Below the pieces are notes generated by a model, which did no database searches, was not told where the DNA came from, and saw only the letters and a list, made by a program, of their open reading frames with translations. This document shows, piece after piece, positions 36,101 to 45,345 of a stretch of DNA of 64,000 nt. How positions within the stretch are numbered: the stretch's first letter is position 1; the number at the start of each line of letters is the position of its first letter. The position numbers and the translations under genes were made by a program. The DNA lies in the NCBI GenBank assembly GCA_017437065.1, contig JAFSBX010000076.1, positions 88,466-152,465 on the forward strand, read 5' to 3'. The stretch comes from Lachnospiraceae bacterium. Its GTDB lineage: Bacteria > Bacillota > Clostridia > Lachnospirales > Lachnospiraceae.

Positions 36101-37744
36101 CAGCCGAAAAATCTTTCAGAAGAAGACATAACAGCGAATAATGTTTATGCGTTTATAAAAAAGGGTAAGGTTACGAATCCGAAAGTTACGGTGAAGTTTG
36201 GAAAGAAAACGTTGGCTGTCTCTACATCTAAAAAACTAAAAGATTATAAATTTGAGTGGCCGGAGCTTATAAAGGATAAAGATGGAAAAGTTGTGCCACA
36301 GTCTTGTAAGATAACAATTACGGGATGTGGAAACTATACCGGAACAAAGACGATTACATATGATGTATTGGCAGTAGATGAAAAGCTGATGAGTAAAGTA
36401 AAAGTAACACCGGATATTAAGAGTGTGGATTATTTTAATCAGAAAATGCCGGGATTTATGTTAACTTACGGTTCAGGTAAAGCAAAAGAGACGCTGGTTC
36501 TCGATGAAGATTTTACAATTACTTATCCGGATGAACTTGTAATTGGCAAAAATGCAGTCACTTTTACGGCAAAAGAAGGAAGTGGTTTCTATGGAACAAA
36601 GACATTTACGTTTACGGTAAAAGGAAAAGCAATCAGTGCAAAGAGTATTAAAATAGAAGGTGTGAAAAAGAGCTATGATTTTACCGGTTCTGAAATTAAA
36701 GTCGGTATGGATGGACTAAATACGCTGGTTGTCAGGGACAGCGCCAGACAGGTAAATGGAAAGAATGTGGTATTGAAAGAAAATGTTGACTACACACTTT
36801 CTTACAAAAAGAATATGAATGCAGGTACTGCAACTGTTACCATTAACGGGAAAGGGGGATATACAGGCAAAAAAAATATAACATTTAAAATCAATAAGAT
36901 TCAGCTGTCGGACAAGTTTGTTGTAACCGAAGATTGTGCAGATTATACAAAAAATGGTGCTAAAGTTGAAGTTTCAGTTAATTATAAAGGGTTGGAACTG
37001 GTTGAAAAGAAGGATTATACAGTAGTTTATCTGAATAATAAGAAAATAGGGGATAATACTGCAACTGTAAAAATAACAGGCAAAGGTAATTTTAAGGGAG
37101 CAGTTAAGAAAACTTATAGTGTAGCGGCATCCGGGAAAGATAAGATTACTTTTACTGTTGATGACACACCTGTTCCAGCAAAGCTATCAAAATTGAAGCC
37201 GAAAATAAGTGTTATAGAGACTTCTACAAATAAAAAGCTGACAGTAAATAAAGATTACAACAAAAAAATTGAATACTACATTAAAGAGGATAGTGGTAAA
37301 TTAAGAACTCTTACAGAAAAAGATTTGAAACCCGATACCGTGGTAACTGCAAGGCTTACTATTAAGAACAATAGCTTTTATGATTCTGATCATAAGGATG
37401 ATACACCGATTACCATGGAGAGTACATTCCGGCTATATTCTGCGAAGGCGTCTTCGCTTAAAGTAGAAAAAATTCCAAATCAGATTTATACGGGTAAAGA
37501 AATTGAACCTGTTCTTGTTGTAAAGGATAAAAATGGTACTTTATTAACAGAATATGATGAAGAGACAAAGACGGGTGATTATATTGTCAGCTATAGTAAG
37601 AATGTCAAAGTTGGGACAGCAAAGGCAACTGTTAAAGGTGTTAATAATACTTTTGGCGGGACAAAGACAGTTTCTTTTAAAATCGTAAAGAAGAAAATGC
37701 AATTTAATTTAGTCACGTCACTAAAAACATTACTCTCAAAGTAG
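33125..37744 (+). CDS. Large secreted cell-surface protein: signal peptide, N-terminal Gly/Asn/Thr-rich region, acidic E-T/S linker and about 8 Ig-like repeat modules
   Basis: 1539 aa. ATG 33125 lies 9 nt after AAAGGAG. Signal peptide MRKNLSKKIVMLLSAILMFQT. Modules recur with the pattern YTGxxIxPxx...DYxVxYxxNxxxGTAxVxxxGxGNYxG. No LPXTG sorting signal, SLH domain or C-terminal TM is visible. Confidence 0.8.
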   Translation: MRKNLSKKIVMLLSAILMFQTICEPLMTTSLERVYATEIEEVQSTSSESSGVTVSTKEEFMTALSQKQSPITVTGAITIGEQANSTGKMLPVEIPAGIVIQGDDGASISCRCPLQLSGNGVIIKNIELTFESSNALGSVPHREIFLAGYSLTLDNVSTYLAGAGGSLGGFGGTEEELLPTVYAGGFENTTIGTAASLTVKNANSKTMFQGIYMSHGEGNDTKVPYYGNAFLNIGPKSIVRDGIFSEYTEENSRVAIEVTGEGNVNNITFYGNNQTTLTAKQSTLNNITLIGVGTLVLSEKAYVDLAQGELKNVTLQDGACLDLNKMSDVTVTRNFTGGVYNSESQTDTRGILVLNKEGSMTVQGTVSGTTIFQTDNKNFPGEFTDEKQYITAINVESGATGFELPSSKADSYELKYENNGWTIYQLDAGLYYPVVGSIEVISAPTEVDINKIAGNSSIPAKEAPYCEIIWKDEDGNQISSDTVEEMGLYWEDTIIAIKTEYWEDESASEQSDWANVVQLVTVEGEPGRYYFYADKSYYESEPCKVNTGKYTFLLCSEYSEDLKTVADVKAIREKVKTEFCVQFFDSTQMPATVDIGSETVKVQPIDAQPYTGEAIMPVLYITNDNTVLVEGQDYKVTYENNIKVGTNTAKVVVEGIGAYRGTREVMFSIIKSNPTLILTVNEKTDCEAEYEQELSVILQVVPYKSEISEMPSNVELYYEDILLGSAEVGENGYATIRYRTTEQKLPIGKNCIRAEFGGTTELNPGIAQVQVTLKKKMLSAGEVASVQLKDFIGNGSTTTTDIISMTDKNGMTYSVNGTAELPDSKPGTYDKAKIINWSLIGEIGGWYQLPTLTEYIAVSPKVSILEENESETESENETESETESETETETEVESEVETEDETETESETETETETESETEPEEKQGLWIKPIAEQTYTGKAIKPVVEVYEGETLLTKKDYSVTYRKNVNAGTATVTVNGKGNYSGSDTTTFVIQPKNLSEEDITANNVYAFIKKGKVTNPKVTVKFGKKTLAVSTSKKLKDYKFEWPELIKDKDGKVVPQSCKITITGCGNYTGTKTITYDVLAVDEKLMSKVKVTPDIKSVDYFNQKMPGFMLTYGSGKAKETLVLDEDFTITYPDELVIGKNAVTFTAKEGSGFYGTKTFTFTVKGKAISAKSIKIEGVKKSYDFTGSEIKVGMDGLNTLVVRDSARQVNGKNVVLKENVDYTLSYKKNMNAGTATVTINGKGGYTGKKNITFKINKIQLSDKFVVTEDCADYTKNGAKVEVSVNYKGLELVEKKDYTVVYLNNKKIGDNTATVKITGKGNFKGAVKKTYSVAASGKDKITFTVDDTPVPAKLSKLKPKISVIETSTNKKLTVNKDYNKKIEYYIKEDSGKLRTLTEKDLKPDTVVTARLTIKNNSFYDSDHKDDTPITMESTFRLYSAKASSLKVEKIPNQIYTGKEIEPVLVVKDKNGTLLTEYDEETKTGDYIVSYSKNVKVGTAKATVKGVNNTFGGTKTVSFKIVKKKMQFNLVTSLKTLLSK
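35720..35890 (+). repeat. Low-complexity coding repeat (GAR-ACN/AGY)n encoding an E-[TS] dipeptide linker
   Basis: Translates as EENESETESENETESETESETETETEVESEVETEDETETESETETETETESETEPEE, inside the surface-protein ORF. Confidence 0.9.
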
Positions 37745-37800
37745 GTTTGTTTTTATAAATGTTATATTTTTTATTAAAATATGAAATAATAAATTCATAC

Positions 37801-37829
37801 TTGTTTATATTGCATTTACAATTTATAAT
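37801..37829 (+). promoter_or_regulatory. Candidate sigma-A promoter for the first MCP
   Basis: TTGTTT, a 17-nt spacer, then TATAAT, about 35 nt upstream of the start codon. The AT-rich context makes false positives plausible. Confidence 0.4.
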
Positions 37830-37863
37830 ACTAATATAAATAAAGAAATGGAGAATGTGCTAT

Positions 37864-39645
37864 ATGAGAGGAAATTCGAAAGAAAAAGCAATGGTGTCAA
37901 CCATTGATGCCGGAATCCAAAAGAATAATAAAGTAATGATTAAGATTATGGTCAGCTTAGTTGTTTTTCTGACAATTTGTCTGTTAGGCATGGGCGGGTT
38001 ATCTTTGGTTGCAAAAAACAACGGAAAATCTGCAATGAATATGGAAAGTGGAAGAGATATTCAGAGTGAATGGACTTATAAGGTGATTCAGTCTGCTTTA
38101 TCAGGAACGACTCCGGATGTGGAGATGGATGCTGCAAAATGTGAATTTGCTGAATGGTTTTCAAACTTTAAAGGTGGCGCTATAGGAGACAGTGCTGTAC
38201 AGGAGGCATATGATTCTATAGATGGTTTGCATAAAGAGCTTCATGCAATGGCTGGTGAAATGGCAGGTACAGATGCAGCCGGTGCAGGAGAACATATAAG
38301 CAATCTGATTAATAAGCATCAGGAATTATTAGGAAATATGGCGAAAGTTTCTACATATTATTCAGAGAAAGAAGCAAAAAATGACAGTTCCTTTGTATTA
38401 ATGATTAATACAACTATGATAGTAAGTATACTTATGGCAATTTTTACACCAAAGTATATCCGTAGGGAATCAAAGAAATTATCTGATACAATTGCAGCAC
38501 CTATTAATGCCGTAGCAAAATGGGCTTCAGATTTGGCAATGGGCTCGGATGATCTTGACTTTAATGATACACAGACATCTCTTGATGAAATAAATCAGAT
38601 GATAGAAGCATTTAAAATTATGGCACAAAGTATTCAGGAAAATGTTCATGTTGTACAGAGAGTAGCAGATGGTGATATGACAGCCTTTGTTAATATTCGT
38701 TCTTCCAAGGATAGTTTAGCAAAAGGTCTTTATAAAATGATTCAGACAAATGACCTGATGTTCAATGAAATTACAAGTATTGCGCAGGGAGTTGCCAACA
38801 GTGCAGATGATATTGCAAATGCAAGTAACTCATTGGCAAACAGCTGTACACAACAGGTACATAGTATATCAGACTTTAAGCAGGCAGTAGAGGAAACAGC
38901 AAGACTTCTTAATATGAATGTTGAGAAGATTGACGAATCTAAGGGACTTTCCGATACGATTAAAGGTGAAATTGCATTGAGCAATGAGAAGATGAATCAG
39001 CTTTTGAGAGCTATGGACGATATATTGGAGTCTTCTGAAAAGATTTTTGCTGTTATTAAAACGATTGAAGACATTGCAGATCAGACAAACTTACTTGCAC
39101 TTAATGCATCTATTGAGGCAGCAAGAGCAGGTGAAGCAGGAAAGGGCTTTGCAGTTGTTGCAGGTGAAGTAGGAAGTCTTGCTGCACAGAGTGCTAATGC
39201 AGTTGTAGAAAGTAGAAAGTTAATCGAGGATACAATTAATAAAGCGAATATCGGTAATGAGATTACGAATGAAACTTCAGAAACATTTAAGATGATTATA
39301 GACAGTATCAATGCTATTTATAAGTGCAATGATGAGATGAGTGATATGGGACAGCTTCAGATGAATCAGCTTAGTGTTATTGAAAATGATATTCGTGCAA
39401 TTTCAGATGCAGTTGATGCGAATGCAGCAGTCAGTGAAGAAACAGCGGCTTCCTGTGATTTACTTAATGAGAGTGCTGAGGACTTAAGACAGGCAATGAG
39501 TAAGTTCAATTTGCGTAAGAGAGAGCCAGGCAAAGCTTATATTCCACCTGAGAAAGAGAATGATGAAGAATTTAAGAAGCTTGCACAGAGTAATTACGAT
39601 AAGGCTGTGAAAGAAGGAAAAGTTAGTTTAGAATTTGAAAATTAG
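37864..39645 (+). CDS. Transmembrane methyl-accepting chemotaxis protein with a CZB-like extracytoplasmic sensor
   Basis: Two TM segments ([24 protein letters not shown] and [18 protein letters not shown]) and a HAMP-like segment. The signalling hairpin is [37 protein letters not shown] 37864 lies 9 nt after GGAGA. Confidence 0.9.
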   Translation: MRGNSKEKAMVSTIDAGIQKNNKVMIKIMVSLVVFLTICLLGMGGLSLVAKNNGKSAMNMESGRDIQSEWTYKVIQSALSGTTPDVEMDAAKCEFAEWFSNFKGGAIGDSAVQEAYDSIDGLHKELHAMAGEMAGTDAAGAGEHISNLINKHQELLGNMAKVSTYYSEKEAKNDSSFVLMINTTMIVSILMAIFTPKYIRRESKKLSDTIAAPINAVAKWASDLAMGSDDLDFNDTQTSLDEINQMIEAFKIMAQSIQENVHVVQRVADGDMTAFVNIRSSKDSLAKGLYKMIQTNDLMFNEITSIAQGVANSADDIANASNSLANSCTQQVHSISDFKQAVEETARLLNMNVEKIDESKGLSDTIKGEIALSNEKMNQLLRAMDDILESSEKIFAVIKTIEDIADQTNLLALNASIEAARAGEAGKGFAVVAGEVGSLAAQSANAVVESRKLIEDTINKANIGNEITNETSETFKMIIDSINAIYKCNDEMSDMGQLQMNQLSVIENDIRAISDAVDANAAVSEETAASCDLLNESAEDLRQAMSKFNLRKREPGKAYIPPEKENDEEFKKLAQSNYDKAVKEGKVSLEFEN

Positions 39646-39663
39646 AATAGGAAAAGAAAGAAC

Positions 39664-39714
39664 AATGAGCTGGTATTTTAGGTGAATCATCTGGAATGCC
39701 GGCTCATTTTTTTT
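39664..39714 (+). terminator. Rho-independent terminator after the first MCP
   Basis: AATGAGCTGGTATT...AATGCCGGCTCATT stem followed by T8. Confidence 0.7.
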
Positions 39715-39755
39715 ATTGTAATGTTTGAAAATTGCATTGTATTATTGAAATTGTC

Positions 39756-39784
39756 TTGATAAAAGAAAAAATGAGCAGTATAAT
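39756..39784 (+). promoter_or_regulatory. Candidate sigma-A promoter for the second MCP
   Basis: TTGATA, a 17-nt spacer, then TATAAT. Confidence 0.45.
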
Positions 39785-39848
39785 TATATTATATTTTAAT
39801 ATGGTATTAAATTATCATACTAAAGAGACGAGGTAAGGAGGAATAGGC

Positions 39849-41543
39849 ATGGGAGCAGAAAATAAGTCGGTATTGGGAAAAAACAGTCAGGAAGCAAAGC
39901 TGAAAAGATTGGTAAAACAGGCATTTATAGCGGTTGGCGTTGGAGTTGTTTTGTTAATTGCATCAGTAGGGGCAAATTTTCTGTTATCACAGACACAGAA
40001 AGCACAGTTAAATGCAACAATGGCACTGAATCAATATCGTCTGGGGTCAAAAGCATTGACTTATTCCGTACAGTCTTATGCAGTGACCGGAGAACAGACA
40101 TATTATGATTCTTATATGAAAGAATTAAATGAAGATAAAAATAGAGACAAGGCGCTGGAAATCTTGAGAAGACAAGATATTACGGAGGAAGAATGGGGGA
40201 AATTGGATCAGATTGCCAAGTTGTCAGAGGGACTTGTTCCATTAGAAGAAGATGCAATGGCAAGTGCAGCGACAGGAGATATACAAACGGCACAATCCTA
40301 TGTGTTTAGTGAGACTTATGAAAACACTGTAGCCCAAATTAATCAGTTGACAGATGAAGTAATTGAGCAAATACAGGCAAGGAAAAGTTCGCAGGCAACA
40401 ATTGTAAGTATTATACAGATTTTATTGCAGATTTTGTTTGTGGTTTCGTTTGCATATGTAGTGATACAATTTATGAAAACCATAAAATTTGCACAGAATG
40501 GATTGTTAGAGCCAATTAAAAAAGTATCTGAACAAATGAGCATATTGGCAGGCGGAGAGTTTGGAACAGAACTTGACATGGAAGAAGATGACAGTGAAGT
40601 AGGAAACATGGTAACTGCGATTAATTTCATGAAGAAAAATCTGCATAGTATGGTAAAAGAAATATCTGCAATTCTTGAACAGATGGGAAATGGAAACTAC
40701 ACAGTGGAAATGGAACAGGAATATGTAGGAGAGTTCGTGCAGATTGAGGAGTCTTTTGGAGCAATAGAACAGAAAATGAGAGAAACGTTATTGACTCTCA
40801 GGGAAGTTGCGGAGCAAATTGACAGAGGTTCAGAGCAGTTAGCATGTGCAGCAGAGGATTTGGCAGAAGGTTGTACTTCTCAGGCAAGCCAGATTACCGG
40901 ATTAGCCGGTGTAATTGAAGAAATGTCTGTAAGTATGGAAGCGAATGCACGAGAAGCGGAAGAATCGGTTAAACTTTCATCTGCAGCAGGGGTAAAATTA
41001 CAGGCAGGTAATGAAAAAATGCAAGAGCTGAAAGTTGCAATTGCAGAAATCAGCAAATGCTCTGAACAGATAGGAACAATTATCAGTACTATTGAGGATA
41101 TTGCTTCTCAAACGAATCTGTTAGCATTGAATGCAGCAATTGAAGCAGCAAGAGCAGGGGAAGCCGGAAGAGGATTTGCTGTCGTAGCAGAGCAGGTTAA
41201 AAATCTGGCAGAAGAGTCTGCAAATGCTGCCGGTGAGACAACCAAACTTATTGAAACAACAATTGAAGCGGTTGGAAAAGGAATTAACATTGCAGATGAA
41301 ACAGTAGCGGATATGGAGGAAGTAATGGCAGGAGCTATAGCTGCAACTGAAAAAATGGGACAGATAGCAGAAATGTTAGAGGAAAACGTAGAGCATATGC
41401 ATCGTGTTAATAAGAGTATTTCGGAGGTATCGTCAGTTGTAGATAACAACTCTGCAACTTCTGAAGAGACTGCAGCTGTTAGTGAAGAGCAGAAAGCGCA
41501 GGTTGAGACAATGGTATTACTTATGGATAAGTTTAAGTTATAA
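39849..41543 (+). CDS. Transmembrane methyl-accepting chemotaxis protein (helical-bundle sensor, HAMP)
   Basis: Two TM segments flank a helical sensor of about 150 aa. Signalling hairpin [44 protein letters not shown]. Confidence 0.9.
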   Translation: MGAENKSVLGKNSQEAKLKRLVKQAFIAVGVGVVLLIASVGANFLLSQTQKAQLNATMALNQYRLGSKALTYSVQSYAVTGEQTYYDSYMKELNEDKNRDKALEILRRQDITEEEWGKLDQIAKLSEGLVPLEEDAMASAATGDIQTAQSYVFSETYENTVAQINQLTDEVIEQIQARKSSQATIVSIIQILLQILFVVSFAYVVIQFMKTIKFAQNGLLEPIKKVSEQMSILAGGEFGTELDMEEDDSEVGNMVTAINFMKKNLHSMVKEISAILEQMGNGNYTVEMEQEYVGEFVQIEESFGAIEQKMRETLLTLREVAEQIDRGSEQLACAAEDLAEGCTSQASQITGLAGVIEEMSVSMEANAREAEESVKLSSAAGVKLQAGNEKMQELKVAIAEISKCSEQIGTIISTIEDIASQTNLLALNAAIEAARAGEAGRGFAVVAEQVKNLAEESANAAGETTKLIETTIEAVGKGINIADETVADMEEVMAGAIAATEKMGQIAEMLEENVEHMHRVNKSISEVSSVVDNNSATSEETAAVSEEQKAQVETMVLLMDKFKL

Positions 41544-41624
41544 GTCAAGCGATAGAGATGATGTTAAAAAAGGGCAGGGAAAACACGATAGAATAATTAG
41601 CAGATTGGAATAGATGTGTCTGAA

Positions 41625-41668
41625 TAAAAAAGAACTGGTTCAGTTTTGATTGAAATCAGTTCTTTTTT
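41625..41668 (+). terminator. Rho-independent terminator after the second MCP
   Basis: AAAAAAGAACTG...CAGTTCTTTTTT. Confidence 0.7.
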
Positions 41669-41739
41669 ATATAGATAAAGCATCTGTTATAACAAAATAT
41701 CGATAACTATGGAATAACGGCTGTTAGGAAAGAATCATC

Positions 41740-41768
41740 TTGTTAAAAAAGGCTAAATAAAGTATAAT
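41740..41768 (+). promoter_or_regulatory. Candidate sigma-A promoter for the SCP2-like gene
   Basis: TTGTTA, a 17-nt spacer, then TATAAT. Confidence 0.4.
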
Positions 41769-41836
41769 TATAATATAAATTAGCGGATTTTAGTAACAGT
41801 GTAATATGGAGGGAATTAAGGAGGAAGATGTAGAGT

Positions 41837-42256
41837 ATGAGATACGAAGAATTGGTTCAGGAAGTAAAAAAAGCAACTCAATCAACAATTGTCAGTAAAA
41901 TTTTTGGACATATTGCATTTCAGTTTAATGTGGAAGGTGAAGCAGAAGGAGCATTTTATCTTGAAGTTACAGATGGGAAAATTAATGTGGAACCCTATGA
42001 ATATTATGATCGTGATTTAATAATCGTGACTTCGGCAGATGTAATTATGCAAATGGTAAAAGGTAAGTTACAGCCTAGGGTAGCTTATGTTAACGGACAG
42101 ATTAAAGTTTACGGAGATGCAAATCAGTTAAAAGCATTACCGTTAGGCGGTAATGGGAAAACAGAGACAAAAATAGAGGAAAAAGCAGAAAAAACACCAG
42201 AAAAATCAACAGAAAAAACAGATGTTGTAGTAACAGAAGAAAAACAGAAAATTTGA
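41837..42256 (+). CDS. SCP2 sterol-carrier-like domain protein with Lys/Glu/Thr-rich tail
   Basis: 139 aa. ...ADVIMQMVKGKLQPRVAYVNGQIKVYGDANQLKAL is an SCP2-like C-terminal motif. RBS AAGGAGG. Confidence 0.55.
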   Translation: MRYEELVQEVKKATQSTIVSKIFGHIAFQFNVEGEAEGAFYLEVTDGKINVEPYEYYDRDLIIVTSADVIMQMVKGKLQPRVAYVNGQIKVYGDANQLKALPLGGNGKTETKIEEKAEKTPEKSTEKTDVVVTEEKQKI

Positions 42257-42277
42257 TATATGAAGAAGTGTTGGATG

Positions 42278-42312
42278 AAAGAGTAATGAAAATGAAATCA
42301 TTACTCTTTTTT
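42278..42312 (+). terminator. Rho-independent terminator
   Basis: AGAGTAATGA-aaatgaaa-TCATTACTCT followed by TTTTT. Confidence 0.7.
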
Positions 42313-42379
42313 CAATATTAACATTTCGTAAACATTTTCATGATATAATAACCTAATAATTTGTGCGAGGTGTCGAAGA

Positions 42380-42916
42380 ATGTTTAAAATATTAGTTGTA
42401 GAAGACGAAAAAGATTTGAATCAGACGGTATGTGCATATTTAAATAGAAACGGATTTGAGGCAATAGGGTGCTTGTCTGCGAATGATGCGTATAACGAAA
42501 TGTATGGAAATCTGTTTGATATGATTATATCAGATATTATGATGCCGCAGATTGATGGATATGAGTTCGCAAAAACAGTTCGTGAAATGAATCAGGACAT
42601 TCCGATTCTATTTATGACAGCAAGAGAAGATTTTGAGTCTAAAAGAAAAGGTTTTGGCATCGGTATTGATGATTATATGGTAAAACCTATTGATTTGGAT
42701 GAGCTTGTATTGAGAATTGAAGCACTTCTGCGCAGGGCAAAGATTGCAACGAGTCGTAAGCTTTCGATTGGAAATACCGTGCTGGATGTGGAATCGGCAT
42801 CCGGTCCGAGAGTTGTGGATGTGTATATGACAAAGCTTAGAGAAAAGTTTAAAAAATGTAATGATTTTGAAATTGTGACAGTTCACGGACTTGGGTATAA
42901 GGCGGTGATAAAATGA
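42380..42916 (+). CDS. OmpR-family response regulator with an internally shortened winged-helix output domain
   Basis: The receiver is intact (VVEDE, ISDIMMPQIDG, MVKPI). The output domain retains only ...SIGNTVLDVES and then RVVDVYMTKLREKF...VTVHGLGYK. Total length is 178 aa, against about 220-240 aa typical for the family. Confidence 0.8.
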   Translation: MFKILVVEDEKDLNQTVCAYLNRNGFEAIGCLSANDAYNEMYGNLFDMIISDIMMPQIDGYEFAKTVREMNQDIPILFMTAREDFESKRKGFGIGIDDYMVKPIDLDELVLRIEALLRRAKIATSRKLSIGNTVLDVESASGPRVVDVYMTKLREKFKKCNDFEIVTVHGLGYKAVIK

Positions 42917-43965
42917 AAACCGGAGTAAGATTAAGCAGTGTATGGAAATTGCTGTTATTTTTTATGATTATGGCGTTTGAGGTTACCTGTAATTTTTTGC
43001 TTTTTTTTCATTTTATGGATTTAGATGAAGCTGCAGTTAGAAATGCTGCCCCAATTACCTTTGCCAATATCATATTGCTTTCCTTATTATTTTGGAGTTT
43101 TGATGCTGTTCGTAGAAAACAGATGATTTCAAAACCCGTAAAACGGATTCAGCAGGGAATTGACAATGTAATAAAAGGTGATTTTTCTACGAGAATTGAA
43201 TACCTGCATGGGGAAGACAGTGGGAATGAGTTTGATGTTATTATTACAGGTCTGAACAAAATGATTGAAGAACTTTCAGGTGTGGAAACTTTGAGAACGG
43301 ACTTTATTGCCAATGTATCTCATGAATTAAAAACGCCTCTTGCAGTGATGCAAAATTATGGAACGTTGCTTCAAAATCCGGAATTAAGTGAGGAGCAGCG
43401 AATTCAATACGGAAGGGCGATACAGGAACAGACGCGGACATTGTCTAATCTTGTTATGAATATTTTGAAGTTGAATAAGCTGGAAAATCAGCAGATATAT
43501 CCCAATGTGGAGAAATATTATCTGGGAGAACAGCTTTGTGAATGTATGCTGGAATTTGAAGCTGTATGGGAAAAGAAAGAGATTGAAATAGAGGTGGAGA
43601 TTGACGAAGAAGTGCAGATTGAAGAGGATAAAGAGCTTCTTAGTCTTGTGTGGTACAATTTATTATCAAATGCTTTGAAATTTACGAATACAGGAGGCAA
43701 AGTATCACTGGTACTTTATAAGGATGAAACGTTTGCATATGTGGAAGTAAAAGATAATGGATGCGGAATGACTACAGAAACCGGAAAAAACATTTTCAAA
43801 AAGTTTTATCTGGGAGATACTTCTCATGCCACCAAGGGAAACGGACTGGGTCTTGCACTGGTAAAGCGTGTCATTGATATATGCGGTGGCGAAATATCGG
43901 TAAGCAGTCAGTTGGGAGAAGGAAGCACTTTTACGGTGAAACTTAGGAGGAGCAAAAATGGATAA
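42913..43965 (+). CDS. Sensor histidine kinase (2 TM, HAMP, HisKA, HATPase_c)
   Basis: H-box NVSHELKTPL, an N-box-like LSNALKFT, and G-boxes DNGCGM and GNGLGLALV. It overlaps the response-regulator stop. Confidence 0.85.
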   Translation: MKTGVRLSSVWKLLLFFMIMAFEVTCNFLLFFHFMDLDEAAVRNAAPITFANIILLSLLFWSFDAVRRKQMISKPVKRIQQGIDNVIKGDFSTRIEYLHGEDSGNEFDVIITGLNKMIEELSGVETLRTDFIANVSHELKTPLAVMQNYGTLLQNPELSEEQRIQYGRAIQEQTRTLSNLVMNILKLNKLENQQIYPNVEKYYLGEQLCECMLEFEAVWEKKEIEIEVEIDEEVQIEEDKELLSLVWYNLLSNALKFTNTGGKVSLVLYKDETFAYVEVKDNGCGMTTETGKNIFKKFYLGDTSHATKGNGLGLALVKRVIDICGGEISVSSQLGEGSTFTVKLRRSKNG

Positions 43966-44866
43966 ATGGAAAAAAATTTTTTGGAAGTGTTTGTTTCCTA
44001 AGACATTTTTGATTTTTTTGTTGTTCAATGCTTCTTTTATTTTGTTAATGTACGCATTTTTAGGAGAAAAATGTCCGGATGCCGTAGCGTATTTTTCATA
44101 TACTTTATCGGCATATACACTTGTGACGGTATGTGTGAGGATGCCAAAGATTATCAAGAAAATCAATGTGTTTTTACATACGAATAAATATACGAATACA
44201 TTATTAACAGAGAAAGAACTTCGGATTCGGATATCTTTATACGGAGGACTGGCAGTGAATATCTGTTTTGCAATATTCAAAGTCGTAATGGGGGCATTGT
44301 ATCAGTCAAAGTGGCTTTTTGCAATGGCAGGATATAATACCATTCTTAGTATTATGCGTTTTTTACTTGTGTATAGAGATCAGACAGAAAAAAAATTAGA
44401 GTCAGACTATGAAAAAAGAGTACGCGGATTACATAGTTACAAAGTTTGCGGTTGGTTGATGTTACTTTTGAATATAGCCATATCGGTGATTGTGGTTATC
44501 GTAGTTTTGGATAATCATTCCATTGATTATCCGGGATTCATGATTTATGCAATCGCAGCGTTTACGTTTTATTGTCTGACCATGGCAATTATTAATATGG
44601 TGAAATACTGGCACAGACATCATCCGGTTTTTGCAGCGGTAAAAAGGATTGGAATGGCAAAGGCACTGGTGTCTATATTTACCCTACAGGTAGCTATGCT
44701 TACGCAGTTTGGCAATAATAATGGTCTGAATATGCAGATGGCGAATGGTGCAACCGGTACGGCCGTATGTGTGATTATTACTGTGATGGCAGTTTTGATG
44801 CTGACGGGTGTAAAACAGGATTATCAGCTTATGAATCAGGAAAGTGAAGTGGAAGAAAATGAATAA
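43958..44866 (+). CDS. Polytopic membrane protein, unknown function
   Basis: 302 aa with at least 6 hydrophobic segments. RBS AGGAGG. It overlaps the histidine-kinase stop, which suggests translational coupling. Confidence 0.55.
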   Translation: MDKWKKIFWKCLFPKTFLIFLLFNASFILLMYAFLGEKCPDAVAYFSYTLSAYTLVTVCVRMPKIIKKINVFLHTNKYTNTLLTEKELRIRISLYGGLAVNICFAIFKVVMGALYQSKWLFAMAGYNTILSIMRFLLVYRDQTEKKLESDYEKRVRGLHSYKVCGWLMLLLNIAISVIVVIVVLDNHSIDYPGFMIYAIAAFTFYCLTMAIINMVKYWHRHHPVFAAVKRIGMAKALVSIFTLQVAMLTQFGNNNGLNMQMANGATGTAVCVIITVMAVLMLTGVKQDYQLMNQESEVEENE

Positions 44867-45233
44867 GAATAAAGAAACATTTGAGTATACATATTCGGCA
44901 AAGCAACAGGAAGAAATTGAAAAAATCAGAAAAAAGTATCTGCCGAAAGAAGAAAATAAAATGGAGCTTCTCAGAAAACTGGACAAGGACGTAACGAAAC
45001 CGGGAATGATATGTTCTTTAGTGATAGGAATTATAGGATGCTTTTTGTTTGGCATGGGAATGTGTTGTGTTCTGGTTTGGGCAGAGTCATTCTTTACAGT
45101 AGGAATTGTAATTGGAATCGCCGGTATGGCGGTAATGGGAGCGGCACTTCCGGTATATCAGAAAATAACTGCAAAAGAGAGAAAAAGAATTGCACCACAG
45201 ATTTTGGCACTTACAGAGGAGTTATCAAAATAA
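44859..45233 (+). CDS. Small membrane protein (charged N-domain plus 2 TM), paralogous motif with the next gene
   Basis: About 124 aa. ...IGIIGCFLFGMGMCCVLVW... The start is uncertain (GTG 44844 or ATG 44859). Confidence 0.5.
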   Translation: MNKNKETFEYTYSAKQQEEIEKIRKKYLPKEENKMELLRKLDKDVTKPGMICSLVIGIIGCFLFGMGMCCVLVWAESFFTVGIVIGIAGMAVMGAALPVYQKITAKERKRIAPQILALTEELSK

Positions 45234-45345
45234 ATAATTGTATTGGAATTAATATTTCTTTAACATTTCAAGAACATTTTCCAAAAAATAATCCCTTATG
45301 ATAAACACAACAAATGAAACAGCGAAAACAAAGGAGATTATAAAA

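Noticed and set aside
43705-44280. 191-aa minus-strand ORF across the histidine-kinase/membrane-protein junction
   Set aside because: It is antisense to genes with clear kinase motifs, and it has no RBS or motif.
45011-45301. 96-aa alternative-frame ORF overlapping the 124-aa membrane-protein gene
   Set aside because: It lies out of frame inside a better-supported gene, has a Gly/Arg/Asn-rich nonsense-like translation, and has no RBS.
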